DNA of 64,000 nucleotides from Savitreella phatthalungensis (Eukaryota): NCBI GenBank assembly GCA_051599415.1, contig AP039714.1, positions 124,001 to 188,000 of the forward strand, read 5' to 3'. Shown piece by piece: positions 53,733 to 64,000 of this stretch (position 1 is its first letter; each line of letters starts with the position of its first letter). The notes under the pieces were generated by a model. It saw only the letters and a program-made list of their open reading frames with translations, ran no database searches and was not told where the DNA came from. The position numbers and the translations under genes were made by a program.

Positions 53733-54149
53733 TTACGCCTTCCGGCACTGCTTGAAGTTGTTGCCAGAAGCACCTGTGTGAGTGATCAGCCCGGCGAGGT
53801 CACCGTTGTCGTTGAAGACGACGCGATCCGGTCCGGGAGAACCGCCGTTGTAAACCTTGTAGCTCGACAAGATCGGGAACTCGTAGTAAGGGCCATCGAC
53901 GGCGAAGGTGAAACCCTCGTTGTCATAGTACTGGTGTGGGTATTTGCCGGAACCCTCCTGGACGCCGTTCACGTAGTCGCTGTAGCCCTTGTTGACAGCG
54001 GCGTCGATGTCGTTCTGCCAGTAGCAAGTGTTACCGCAGTAGTCAACGCAAGATGCACGCTTCTCCAGTGCAACAAGTCCGTGCTCAGCGGTTGGCAGGG
54101 CAGCTGCAGCGGCGTACAGGGCGAACGAGAGAAGCGAAGCGAGCTGCAT
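53733..54149 (-). CDS. Secreted guanyl-specific ribonuclease (RNase T1/N1 family)
   Basis: Signal peptide; Kex2-type EKR; catalytic motifs YPHQY, YEFPI, DRVVF, ITHTGASGNNF; four Cys. Confidence 0.95.
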   Translation of the reverse strand: MQLASLLSFALYAAAAALPTAEHGLVALEKRASCVDYCGNTCYWQNDIDAAVNKGYSDYVNGVQEGSGKYPHQYYDNEGFTFAVDGPYYEFPILSSYKVYNGGSPGPDRVVFNDNGDLAGLITHTGASGNNFKQCRKA

Positions 54150-55267
54150 GATTTTGGATAGTTACTTAGGCGTGGGCCAGAGCTTCTTCTTGTACCAGCA
54201 CATCCCATCGTGCCATCCCATCATGGAGCTCGGCCAACCCCGAGATCTACCTCTTGACAGGCGGCAAGTCTCCGATTGGCCAGCTTGCCGTCGATTTGAA
54301 GCCAATCGTGGGGTCAGCACGGGGCACGACTATGAAATTCAGAGTATCCTTCTTGTCGATCTCTGTGAGAAATCTCGGTCGAATTTACCAGGAGACAAAT
54401 CTAAATTTACTGGATGGCTGGCGACCGCGTCAGTTGGAGGAGAGCTTCACCTTAATCAGCCCCAGTGGTCAGCGCTCGGAAATTGTTCTCGCGAGGTCTT
54501 GTCGACGGCTTGCATGATCTCTCCGACAGCAACCAGTCACCGCACGATATTTCGTGCATGGGCGCGGACAACGTTCTCGGGGACATCTTCGACATGTCGT
54601 CCCGCACTCGCGTGGTTTTTGTGAGCTAACCTGATGTCCTGCCTGCACACTGTCGGTCTCCACAGCTCAGGTCTGATCACAATTGGTTGAGTCTATTCGT
54701 GAGCAACATGATTGTCCATCATGGCTTGTCGTCCTTGAACTGACCTTGGGCGGTAAATCGAATCAGGGAACTTTGCCTACTCACGTGCTGCAGCTATGTT
54801 CTGCGATACCTCCATGTCATCCAGCAGGCAACCGTCACCGAAGATTCACGACGCTCGTCCTGGTTGTTCTGTCATGAGCTTATTCACAGGGCGACCACTC
54901 TGTCAAGGCGTGTAAGCGGACGTGCTCGTCTGCAGCTGCATTGAGCGTGACAATCTCAACAACACGTGCTGGTAAGATGTTCAGTCGGCTTTACTCACCA
55001 TGATGAGTACCGGATTGAATTTCCTAAACCTAAGAATTTCCTCAATCACCGATTAACTGCTTATCAGTACAGGCAAATTCAAACCTTGCAGTCCAACGAA
55101 TCAAAGCAGGAAAGGCTGACCGGGGAGTGATATAGCTTGCGGTGGAGCTCGACGCGTCCTCTGCGGGAGTGCAGGCCGCGGAGAGACTTTGAACTGATCC
55201 GCAGACGCCGCACGACCTCTCCTCACATCAGCACACGACACTCAATCACCTGCGTTCTGTCCCGGTG

Positions 55268-55525
55268 ATGGCGCAGTGGGGTGCAGCTGCAGTCGCACCG
55301 CTCATCGGTATCCTGCTGCTCATGATTGCGGGTTTATGGCAGCGTCGGCGACAACGTATGGCAGAGCAGATTCGGCGAGACGAAGGACTGGGCGCTGGTG
55401 AAACCACATTCGGCACCGTTGACGCTGCTCCAGCTTACGAGATGGGTCTCCCAAAATACGAGCAGGTCGTTCACGTCGAGAACGTCCCGGAGCGACCACA
55501 GCAGGCGCGAATTGTACCGGCGTGA
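55268..55525 (+). CDS. Small single-pass membrane protein with PY motifs
   Basis: N-terminal TM, then QRRRQR, then APAY and LPKY. Confidence 0.65.
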   Translation: MAQWGAAAVAPLIGILLLMIAGLWQRRRQRMAEQIRRDEGLGAGETTFGTVDAAPAYEMGLPKYEQVVHVENVPERPQQARIVPA

Positions 55526-55689
55526 ACGCATCTTTCACTTTCTGGGAGCGTCTGTGAGACTGGCTCAGTTGCAGGTCGATGCGGTCTCAGCAGTGACTCA
55601 TACAGTCAAGGACTTCTCAATGCTCCACAAATTGCAGATGCACGCCCATATAATGTACCATAGCCCGCGCATCTACAAGGGCTACTAGT

Positions 55690-57489
55690 TTACACGGCCA
55701 AAAGGGCGAGCTCACAGCAGAGCACCGCGAGCAGCGACAGCTGGGCGACGCGACACGCGATCTCAGGATTCTTGAGAGACAGGGTGCCCGGTTGCTCGAT
55801 CGACGGAGCCGCATCCGGAATTGACGGCTCCAAAGCGTCGAGCAGGTCTGCTATGACTTTTTCGAGCTCTGGTGTCAAACTAGCAAGCTCGTTTTCAGGC
55901 TTCGACACGGATGTGTCCAGCGCATCGAAAAGGGGCAAGGATGTGTCCGTAGTCGCGTTCGTTTCACAGTCCCCAATGTCATCACTGCCGGCGCCATCGT
56001 CATCAACCGATGCGAGGGTCTGCGTCTGGTCCGACGGGCGCACGGTCGATCGATCGCTGTATCGGGACATGGCAGGAGACATCACTCGATCTTCTTGCGG
56101 TGGCGACCATCTGTCGAAGAGATCCACCTCGTGCTTTCTTACAGGCGATGGCGCATGCACCGACATGAGGGTCTCGTCCGCCTGGGGAATCTGTGCACGT
56201 GCCCACCACGGCCGCTTGACTGGGCTCTTGGCCGCAGCCACGCTCACGCTGGTTTTAGAATCTATCGATGGCACTTCTCGACGCCGTAGCCTTTCTTCCA
56301 TCTCTTCGAAGCCGTGGCGTGTCTTTGCAAGATCGCGCTGAATCTCTGCCAGGGTCTGCGCAAGACGAGTCCGTGGTGATGGCGCCTGATTTACTGTCGA
56401 GGTCGTCGCGTGCCTTTGCGTGCCGCCTGCCATGCCATTTCTGGGGGGAGTTATTGTCTTGCTTCCAGGTCGACTTGTGCGAGTCGACGCGGCTGGTATG
56501 ATCCTGTTCGGTGTTTGTATGGGAATTCTTTGTGATGATCCAAAACACGGCTGCTGTTGTGGCCGCGGCTGAGGTTCAAATGAATCCAGAGGGCTTGCCG
56601 TGCGTCGAACACTCTCGGGAGTGTCTGTGCGCGATAGACGTGCTGGCGACGGGCTTCCATGAAGTCCGCGAGAGAACCTAGATCCAGGTGACCTTCTTGA
56701 TGGTGTCTGACATGAAACATTTCTGTAAGCAATGGGGGACGGTAGCGCACTTGGCGGCGTCCTCAGTCTCTTGGGGGAGGCTTCACGCTCTGCCTCGTCC
56801 AGCAGTCTGTCCAGTATCTCATCGGGGTCATCAGGTGCTACTCCCGCAGCTTTTGAAATATCATCAAGATCCCGAAAGGGCGAAGCAACGAGTGACGGTC
56901 CGGTCGAATACGAAATGGTCGGACTGTCCAGGCCGGCATCAGCAATTAGTCTGCCGTTTCGAGAGAGCGGCGAGCCCGACAGGCGGTCCGAAAATGGACT
57001 ATGCGAGCGGCGCGGCGATGAGCGGCTGTCCAGGTCGGGCGTCAAACTCGACGAGCGAGATCCTCTTGCTGGTCTCGGGCTCGAGTCCCCGTGTGCCGAC
57101 CGCCCAGCATATGAGACAGGAGGAGAGGTTCGCCCAGTATATGAGTCAGATGAGAGAGAAGAAGGATCTCTGATCGCTCTCGGGGAGCGCGATGGTGTCG
57201 AAGGATACGACCTGTCCGAGGCTGCCCCAGGGGGCACGCGTGATGGCGAATTCACCGCTGACGATCGTTCTGAGACGCTGGAGAGTCGCCGGTGACTAGC
57301 AGGACTGGGAGAGACTTTCACTGAGCGCGGGAGCGATGCAACGACGGGCGCGCTTGCGAGATCATCGTCCTCGACAATTCGCAAAAGCTGAGGACTCTTG
57401 CGAGCGGGCGAGGGAGTTTTGCGTTCCAGCTTTTGAAATTTGCTGGGTGATTGTGGATCACTGGCCAGCGACGCGCCCCGAGAATCCAT
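55690..57489 (-). CDS. Ser/Pro/Arg-rich disordered protein with coiled coil and hydrophobic C-terminus
   Basis: 599-aa ORF from ATG 57489; many S/T-P sites; LAQTLAEIQRDLAKTRHGFEEMEERL; ends LSLLAVLCCELALLAV. Confidence 0.75.
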   Translation of the reverse strand: MDSRGASLASDPQSPSKFQKLERKTPSPARKSPQLLRIVEDDDLASAPVVASLPRSVKVSPSPASHRRLSSVSERSSAVNSPSRVPPGAASDRSYPSTPSRSPRAIRDPSSLSSDSYTGRTSPPVSYAGRSAHGDSSPRPARGSRSSSLTPDLDSRSSPRRSHSPFSDRLSGSPLSRNGRLIADAGLDSPTISYSTGPSLVASPFRDLDDISKAAGVAPDDPDEILDRLLDEAEREASPKRLRTPPSALPSPIAYRNVSCQTPSRRSPGSRFSRGLHGSPSPARLSRTDTPESVRRTASPLDSFEPQPRPQQQPCFGSSQRIPIQTPNRIIPAASTRTSRPGSKTITPPRNGMAGGTQRHATTSTVNQAPSPRTRLAQTLAEIQRDLAKTRHGFEEMEERLRRREVPSIDSKTSVSVAAAKSPVKRPWWARAQIPQADETLMSVHAPSPVRKHEVDLFDRWSPPQEDRVMSPAMSRYSDRSTVRPSDQTQTLASVDDDGAGSDDIGDCETNATTDTSLPLFDALDTSVSKPENELASLTPELEKVIADLLDALEPSIPDAAPSIEQPGTLSLKNPEIACRVAQLSLLAVLCCELALLAV

Positions 57490-58129
57490 TACCAAGGGCC
57501 GGAGTCAAGCTGCGACGTCCCTCGGACGCCACAAGCTTGCAAGATCCGTCCACAACGCGTGCTGTGGCCGTCACCAGGCCGCAGTGTTTTGCTGTAAATA
57601 CAGGGCTGATATTATCGCGGGCACATATTTCGTGAAAGCAATAAATCGACTCACGTGATCAAGAATTGGAGCTAAACGTGACATGAGTGATCGAGTATTA
57701 TCGACGGGCCGGCCACGACATCATCCACGATTCGGTGCATCTTTGTAGGTGTGAGAACAGTCGACTGGTCAACGCAGATCACAGTCTCAAGATTGTGCTT
57801 CGCGTCCTGCAAGCTGCAGATCTGGGGTACTATGACGATTCACAGAGCTCATACACGACTTCGGGTCTAGCCTGCGGAGAGCAGCGCGATACAATGCCGG
57901 GCGTTGGCCCGAGCTGGCAGGGACAGAGGCGAGCATCGAGTACAGTGATTGACGATGCGCTCGAAGACGCACTACATATCCCGAAACGGCATCGTCAGCA
58001 GCTACCCCAGACAAGATATTCAGGCACTTGAGATCGAGGTTGTGGACTACTTCTGGAGTCGAACACGGGGCAGCGGAGGCTTGATCGGATAACTTTGATT
58101 GTGTGAAATACCCGGTGACGAGGCAGGGA

Positions 58130-58160
58130 TGTCCGATCGCTTGTCCGATCGCTTGTCCGA
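58130..58160. repeat. 12-bp tandem repeat TGTCCGATCGCT x2.6
   Basis: Copies start at 58130, 58142 and 58154 (partial). Confidence 0.85.
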
Positions 58161-59293
58161 ACTTTTCCGAGGAAAAGTACGAGGTGAGCACGTATTGTCA
58201 TCATATGTGATTTGAGGTGGCATGGCCTTTAGCTCACATCTCCGCTGTTCCGAATAGACTTTGTGTTGTGAACCAATCTGCATCGTTTGCTCTGTGGGAT
58301 TCCGAAGAGAGCAGATCCGTGGGATCCGAGCTGAATCAATGAGTGCTCATCATCTTCAGGGCTCCTGCGACTGAAACGATGAGCTATCTCCAGTATGCAA
58401 TGTGTCGGGTGACCTTGCCAACGATTAAGTCCGCGGCTATCTACTGCTCTCACCGTTTCAGACTATTGTCTGATCCACGTCAGAGTCGGATCTCAGATCG
58501 CTATCCCTTGCAGTACAATTTATTTCGAGCGCAATTTCCAGTATGGCTTACTACCATGATTAAATTGAAGATCTGCTGACTGTATCTTACCTGCAGAAGG
58601 CCTACCTGGATTCCAGGACTTACAGTCTGCCCGCATAAAAATAATTGTCCCAGAGCTCGTCCAGACGGACGTGGGAGACGAATCTTTCGGCGGGATACCA
58701 AATGAAATAGCCTTCCGACCAGGCACATTGGAACCAAATAGCTCGAGTGGAGGAAACCTAAGATCGCCTTCTGATCCAAGTCAAAACCCAAAAAATTGAC
58801 AAGCTGCATGGACAATGTGGATGGATTCCCAATTCAGCTCCTGGGAAAACCTAAATCTCAACCCACCCATCGCTATAGAAGTCCATTCTGGTCTAGAGCC
58901 AAGGATGTCTGATAAGCTAATCCCATTGAAACACAAATTAATCATCAATTGTCAGGTTTAGCCGCACGGCATAACAGAGCGAGGAGTGGAAAGAATAGGC
59001 ACGCCGAAATTTGAAAGCTTTTTCTGCACTCGCACAGATACTACCTTCCGGCCCGCGCGGCAATGTGAGGGCCTCGCATGTGGATATAGATGTAGATGTG
59101 GGCCATCTTCCTGGGGTCTGAATCTAGTGTCCCAAGCGTTCCGAAGTTACATTGACTGGGGTCCGGGGTCGTCAATATTTACGGTTTTCCCCGGGAGGTC
59201 ACAAGGTCATTTCGCTGATTCATGTAAAGTATAAAGTGTAGGAGATCCGCCTGCCTGTTCATCTGTGTCTCTTCTCTCCATCTCCCCTTCGAC

Positions 59294-60751
59294 ATGGACG
59301 CCACGACCTACGCAAAGACGCGCGTCTCTTCCCTTGTCCCTCGCAATGTCGCGGGACAGCAGGGCAGGTCGCCCTGGCGGGCATTCGCCGCCATGGATGC
59401 CCGCAAGTGGAACTACTTCGGACTGGGATTCTGGTCGTGGGCATGGGATGCATTCGACTTCTTCGTTGTCTCCCTCACCATTGACAACATCGCAGAGGAC
59501 TTTGATAAGAAGGTGACTGCGATTTCCTGGGGTATCACCGTCACCCTCATGCTCAGGTCTGTCGGTGCCATCCTCTTCGGTCTCGCCGCGGACAAGTACG
59601 GCCGCAAGTGGCCCATGGCCTTCAACCTCTTCCTCTTCTCCGTCCTTGAGATCGGTCTCGGCTTTTGCAGAAACTTCAAGGAGTTCCTCGCGGTCCGCGC
59701 ACTCTTCGGTATCGCCATGGGCGGCATCTACGGCATGGCCAACGCCACCGCACTCGAGGACATCCCGACAGAGGCTCGCGGCTTCTTCGGCGGTGCCTTG
59801 CAACAGGCCTACGCTCTAGGGTATCTTGTTGCTTCAGCCTTCAATAGAGCCCTGACGCCGACGACATCGCACGGATGGAGGTCGCTCGCATGGTTCTCTG
59901 CAGGTCCGCCGATTCTTATCATGGTTTGGCGAATTTGCACGCCAGAAACCGACACATTTTTGCGTTTGCAAGCAGCGAAACGTGCAAATCAGGAATTAAA
60001 TGAGCCACTCATGCGCCGCTTTTTACGCGAAGGCAAGAATGCAGCCCGATCACATGGAGTTCTTTTCGTCTACCTCGTCCTTCTCATGACCGGCGCAAAC
60101 TTCCTCTCTCACGGATCCCAAGATGTTGCAAAGCTCGTCATCAAGCAGAAGATCAGCACAAATCCAAACGGCATCACCGTTGCTCTCATACTCTCCAATG
60201 TCGGCGCCATCTGCGGTGGCATGGCTCTCGGACTCGCCTCTGACTTTGTCGGTCGTAGGCTGATGATGATCATCGCCTGCTGCGTTGGTCTCGCCATACT
60301 GCCAGCTTACCTTTACGCCAAGCACGCGAATCTGATCGCCGGTCTCTTCTTCGAGCAGTTCTGCGTCCAGGGCTTCTGGGGTGTCATCGCCGTTCACCTG
60401 ATCGAGCTCGCTCCGCCAGAGTACCGTACCTTCGTCGTCGGTACAGCCTATCAGCTCGGCAATTTGGTATCCTCCGCATCAGCCACGATCGAGACCGAGC
60501 TCGCGCCAAAGTTCCCACTGCCAAAGGGCTCTAAGACGCCTTACGACTACGCACGCGTCATGGTCTATTTCCTCCTCGTTGTCTACGCGTATCTGCTCGT
60601 TGTCGTCTTTGTTGGACCGGAGAAGCGCGGACTGGCGCTCAATACGTCCAAGGATACCGAGGCGATTGACCAGCTCGAGCGCAAGCACGCCGATGTGGAC
60701 GCCGACTCTGTTGACGAGAAGCACCAGGCCACCACGAGGGAGTATGCTTAG
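59294..60751 (+). CDS. JEN1: Carboxylate/H+ symporter Jen1 (MFS)
   Basis: WAWDAFDFF; LMLRSVGA; ADKYGRKWP; GIAMGG; ALEDIP; NFLSHGSQD signature; YQLGNLVSSAS. Confidence 0.93.
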   Translation: MDATTYAKTRVSSLVPRNVAGQQGRSPWRAFAAMDARKWNYFGLGFWSWAWDAFDFFVVSLTIDNIAEDFDKKVTAISWGITVTLMLRSVGAILFGLAADKYGRKWPMAFNLFLFSVLEIGLGFCRNFKEFLAVRALFGIAMGGIYGMANATALEDIPTEARGFFGGALQQAYALGYLVASAFNRALTPTTSHGWRSLAWFSAGPPILIMVWRICTPETDTFLRLQAAKRANQELNEPLMRRFLREGKNAARSHGVLFVYLVLLMTGANFLSHGSQDVAKLVIKQKISTNPNGITVALILSNVGAICGGMALGLASDFVGRRLMMIIACCVGLAILPAYLYAKHANLIAGLFFEQFCVQGFWGVIAVHLIELAPPEYRTFVVGTAYQLGNLVSSASATIETELAPKFPLPKGSKTPYDYARVMVYFLLVVYAYLLVVVFVGPEKRGLALNTSKDTEAIDQLERKHADVDADSVDEKHQATTREYA

Positions 60752-61181
60752 GCCTAGCAGTGCACTTCCGTCAGCTAGACCTTCCCCACTCCTCAACATT
60801 TTTACGTTCTGTTTAGCGGCTAGCAAATAGTCTATCCGATTGGTACTACCTGATCCCATGAACCGATAGAGATATTCTCATGCTCGAGAGCGGCGCTCAT
60901 AAGCAATCTTATAGGCGCAGGCCGGTCAGACGAATACTCTAACTTTCGATCTTGCCTCGTCATCGCTCGGTCCGCACAGATCCACAGATCATCTGCTCAC
61001 TTCACGCCACTCCAATCGCCATTGCCAATGCCACCAGACACCCACACTAATCGTCATCCCACTCATAATCGTGTACTAATTGCACAGGCTCAGGTGCTTC
61101 AACTGGACATACATTTCATGTTGCTCGTTGCGGCTCGTACGGCGCCGACCCATCATCAACAGAACCCGCCTGATCTCGAAC

Positions 61182-61835
61182 TTATCTCTCCTTGCTGTCG
61201 ACCACGACGTCTGGAATGACTCCGTGCTCAAGCAGATATTTGCCATTCGGTGCATCGTTGAAGTCTACGCGCGCAAGTCCTTCCTCCAGAGAGTCGACGA
61301 TCCCGGCGGCCAGGTGTCTGGCAGCGAGTCTTTGACGTGCAATCTCCGGATCGCACCGCAAGAGCCATGTCTCGTCGACCATCTCTGAAATCTGTCGCCA
61401 CGGCTCCTCCCTCAGCAACAGGTAGTTGCCTTCCAGGATGACCACAGTCGCTCGACGGTCGATCACGACGTCGTCTTCGATGGGATCCTTCACGGCGTGG
61501 TCGAATGACGGCGCACGAATATCCGGCAGATTCCGGTATGTAGAGACCTTGAGCTGATGAACAAGGTCAACGACCCGTTGAGCGTCGAATGTGAAGGGAG
61601 CACCACGACGGCGCAGGCCATCCTCGTCGAGCTGTGATCGAGGGATGTGGTATCCGTCCATCCCAACGACGGCTGTCTTTGGGCCGAGCAGTGCTGCCAC
61701 CTGTGCTGCAAGCGTCGTCTTTCCTGAACCAGGCACTCCAGCCAGAGCGATGATAACGCGTGGTCTCAACTCATTGTGTGGTTTATCCGCGAGCAGCTCC
61801 CGGACACGGGATGCCAAGTAGTCCGCGGTGTCCAT
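61182..61835 (-). CDS. P-loop kinase of the PRK/uridine kinase/PanK family (Yfh7-like)
   Basis: AGVPGSGKTT; MDGYH; RRGAPFTFD; PSFDHAVKDP; LEGNYLLL; NDAPN. Confidence 0.88.
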   Translation of the reverse strand: MDTADYLASRVRELLADKPHNELRPRVIIALAGVPGSGKTTLAAQVAALLGPKTAVVGMDGYHIPRSQLDEDGLRRRGAPFTFDAQRVVDLVHQLKVSTYRNLPDIRAPSFDHAVKDPIEDDVVIDRRATVVILEGNYLLLREEPWRQISEMVDETWLLRCDPEIARQRLAARHLAAGIVDSLEEGLARVDFNDAPNGKYLLEHGVIPDVVVDSKER

Positions 61836-62565
61836 TTATTAAATTGACCGATCGGTCGTGACGTACGTGCCAAAAAAGAAGACATCTATACGCGCATATC
61901 CAAACAGACTCATACCTGCAGACAGATCTTTATCAACACCGGCTATTTTTCAAAACTCCTGGCGAGTGGGAGAGTCTCCTCTACCCTTTGACAATTTCAC
62001 GCTGACAAACAACGGCCAGATCCAGGAGGCACAGGTGGCGATGGACAAGTACAGGCTGAAGACGATCGGGATCTCGGTCCTCGACAGACTCCCTGGCATA
62101 TTTTCTTGAGAGATTGCGAGTTGCGAAGCTAAAGGTGGTAGCACATCGAGCGAGACAGAATGGGAGTGACGTTCATACATGATGATTTGAGGACAAGATT
62201 GTGAAGGATTGTCGCGTAGACGACGATTGCTTTGTGGCTCAGTGAATTCGTCTCCTTCTGTGCTCTGCAGTCCATTGACCTCTGTGCTTTCTAGGCACAT
62301 GTCAGACAATCATGCACGGGTCTGGGTCTTATTGCCGTTTTCGTACACGTATTCCTATTGGCGGGCGCTTGAATTCAGACATGGACGTTTGTCCAGTACG
62401 CGTAATTTACAGACTGAACTGATAGGTACGATACCACCCCGAGGTACTGGTAAACGGAGCATGTCTACGCCAGGGAGCAGCGCCAAGCCAAGCTATCAAC
62501 AGGTGCACTATGCAATGTGTATAAGAGTCTGATTGAGTCCGCACTTCCTCTGACAAGCGAGTGTC

Positions 62566-63366
62566 ATGTTTTACAATCTTTATCATTACGATCCTAGTAA
62601 AGCGCTATTATCGGTCGGATGCATTCTGTTTGCCTTGCTCTCGATCGGTCATACCTGGAGCGCCGTCAAGGCTAGGGCTGTCTGGTGGACCGCATTTCTG
62701 GTCGGCGGCTGGATGGAAGTAGCCGGATTCATCGCGAGAGGTATAGGAACAACCCAATTGTCGGCACTTTCGACGTATATCGTGCAGACCCTCTTCCTCC
62801 TCCTACCCCCGGCCTTCTTCTCCGCCAGCATCTACATGACTCTCAGGCGTCTCGTCGTTGCCACAGCGCGGCCCGACCTGCTCATCATACCGATGAGGCT
62901 GTGCACGCGCCTGTTTGTCGGGGCAGACGTACTGTCACTCCTTCTCCAAGGAGCTGGCGGAGGTCTTCAGACGTCAACGAATGATGCCTCGAAGTCTCTG
63001 GGTCAGAAGCTCGTCATTGTCGGTCTCTGCATCCAGCTCGTCGCCTTCACCTTCTTCCTTATCACCACCTGGATCTTCTCCGGCAGACTCGCGCGCACGA
63101 CCCAGGAGGTTCGCAAGATCGTTATCGGCATCAGCATTTCCGGACCACTTATTCTCATCCGATCAGTCTATCGTGTCGTCGAGTATGCCCAAGGTTATAC
63201 AGGCTATATTATGACGCATGAGTGGGCCTTATACGTGTTTGACACGTTGCCCATGCTCCTCCTCACCTTCGCTCTATTCATTCTCTTCCCACCCGTTGAG
63301 ATGCTAGCCATCAAGGCTGCAACGGAGCCCTCGAGAGAACATATTAGTATTGAGGAAAAGGCGTAA
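62566..63366 (+). CDS. RTA1-like (lipid-translocating exporter family) membrane protein
   Basis: YHYDPS; EVAGFIAR; PAFFSASIYMTL; FVGADVLS..LQGAGG; RSVYRVVEY; HEWALYVFD. Confidence 0.92.
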   Translation: MFYNLYHYDPSKALLSVGCILFALLSIGHTWSAVKARAVWWTAFLVGGWMEVAGFIARGIGTTQLSALSTYIVQTLFLLLPPAFFSASIYMTLRRLVVATARPDLLIIPMRLCTRLFVGADVLSLLLQGAGGGLQTSTNDASKSLGQKLVIVGLCIQLVAFTFFLITTWIFSGRLARTTQEVRKIVIGISISGPLILIRSVYRVVEYAQGYTGYIMTHEWALYVFDTLPMLLLTFALFILFPPVEMLAIKAATEPSREHISIEEKA

Positions 63367-63397
63367 TTCCACCTTCCCGAGGTCTCGTCTCTCACAT

Positions 63398-64000
63398 CTA
63401 TACGAGAGAGACGAGTGACGACGATGACGAACTTTGCGAAGGCGCCTGCGGCTTGAGTGACACCTTGTAGTCGATCCTGTCAGTAACAAGGTGCATCATC
63501 TGCGCGTGAACGCCCGGCACAGATCCATAGACGAACCCTGCCACCGGAAAAAGTAAATAATCCCACAAATTATAAATGGATCGTTTCGCGACTTGAGAAT
63601 TTGGATTGTGCGCGAGACGCATGCCGACGCATTTGGCGTAAAATGACTCGGCCAAGTACATCCACAGGAAAGTCTGCAAGATGTTGACAAAGCGAGACAC
63701 ACCTGTGAGCGACAAAATCGGCGCCAGGGGGCCAGTCTCGCATCGCGCAAACAGTCCTACGACCACGAACACGGCCAGCTGAATCGGCAGTAAGTGCGCC
63801 TCGTACAACCTGTGTGCGAGAATCAGGTACGCTCTCAAATTCACTGGCCGTTTCGAGTGCTCCTTCGGTGCGAAGAACTGGCCAAGTGCATAGCCGAGAT
63901 CGATCGACCCCCACATATGACGCAGGGCCTGGTGATACCTGGCAATGAGGACGTTGTCGCCACCGACGTTGCAGCTGCTTGCAGGTGACCAGATCGGCAC
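63398..64000 (-). CDS. C-terminal part of a probable GT2-family processive glycosyltransferase (5' end outside the window)
   Basis: ARYHQALRHMWG (QxxRW-like) followed by several TM segments. Confidence 0.6.
   Translation of the reverse strand: MPIWSPASSCNVGGDNVLIARYHQALRHMWGSIDLGYALGQFFAPKEHSKRPVNLRAYLILAHRLYEAHLLPIQLAVFVVVGLFARCETGPLAPILSLTGVSRFVNILQTFLWMYLAESFYAKCVGMRLAHNPNSQVAKRSIYNLWDYLLFPVAGFVYGSVPGVHAQMMHLVTDRIDYKVSLKPQAPSQSSSSSSLVSLV

Noticed and set aside
57687..58815. ORFs of 100-134 aa and several minus-strand donor-like sites; possible decayed gene or transposase
   Set aside because: No coherent exon chain, catalytic motif, TIR or TSD identified
1..64000. CRISPR arrays, rRNA, tRNA, LTR or DNA transposons, TPP riboswitch
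   Set aside because: No repeat-spacer arrays, RT/integrase/transposase motifs or RNA-family signatures seen by eye; the sequence is eukaryotic

Overview
Eukaryotic, gene-dense, intron-poor fungal (ascomycete) chromosome segment. An early-diverging, Taphrinomycotina-like yeast is my inference only, from the short GT-AG introns with CTRAY branch points, a retained complex I subunit, a stand-alone TTL and an Rhp16b-like SNF2. I support about 32 protein genes. Several are missed or mis-modelled by the ORF track and I rebuilt them by hand: an Old Yellow Enzyme at the left edge, and spliced models for an SDR, RPB10, complex I 9.5-kDa/NDUFA3, a Myb-like gene, a Zn2Cys6 transcription factor and TVP18. 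Most genes are housekeeping (SNF2 helicase, Ipk2, MAPEG, UBP, DEF1, Tre1-like, TTL, asparaginase-ankyrin, NDH-2, GHITM, AIM21, CLD1-like, JEN1, RTA1). I found no tRNA, rRNA, CRISPR array or recognisable transposon, and no clear multi-gene novel system. The best leads are: a short Atg11 Claw-domain protein lacking the Atg11 N-terminus; an orphan mitochondrial-type protein with a 13-aa repeat that has diverged almost only at synonymous sites; stop-free 3n introns in the divergent RPB10/NDUFA3 pair; an unassigned secreted GH-A-like protein; an orphan with an atypically spaced Cys6 cluster; and a recurring CACGTG(AAT) promoter motif.
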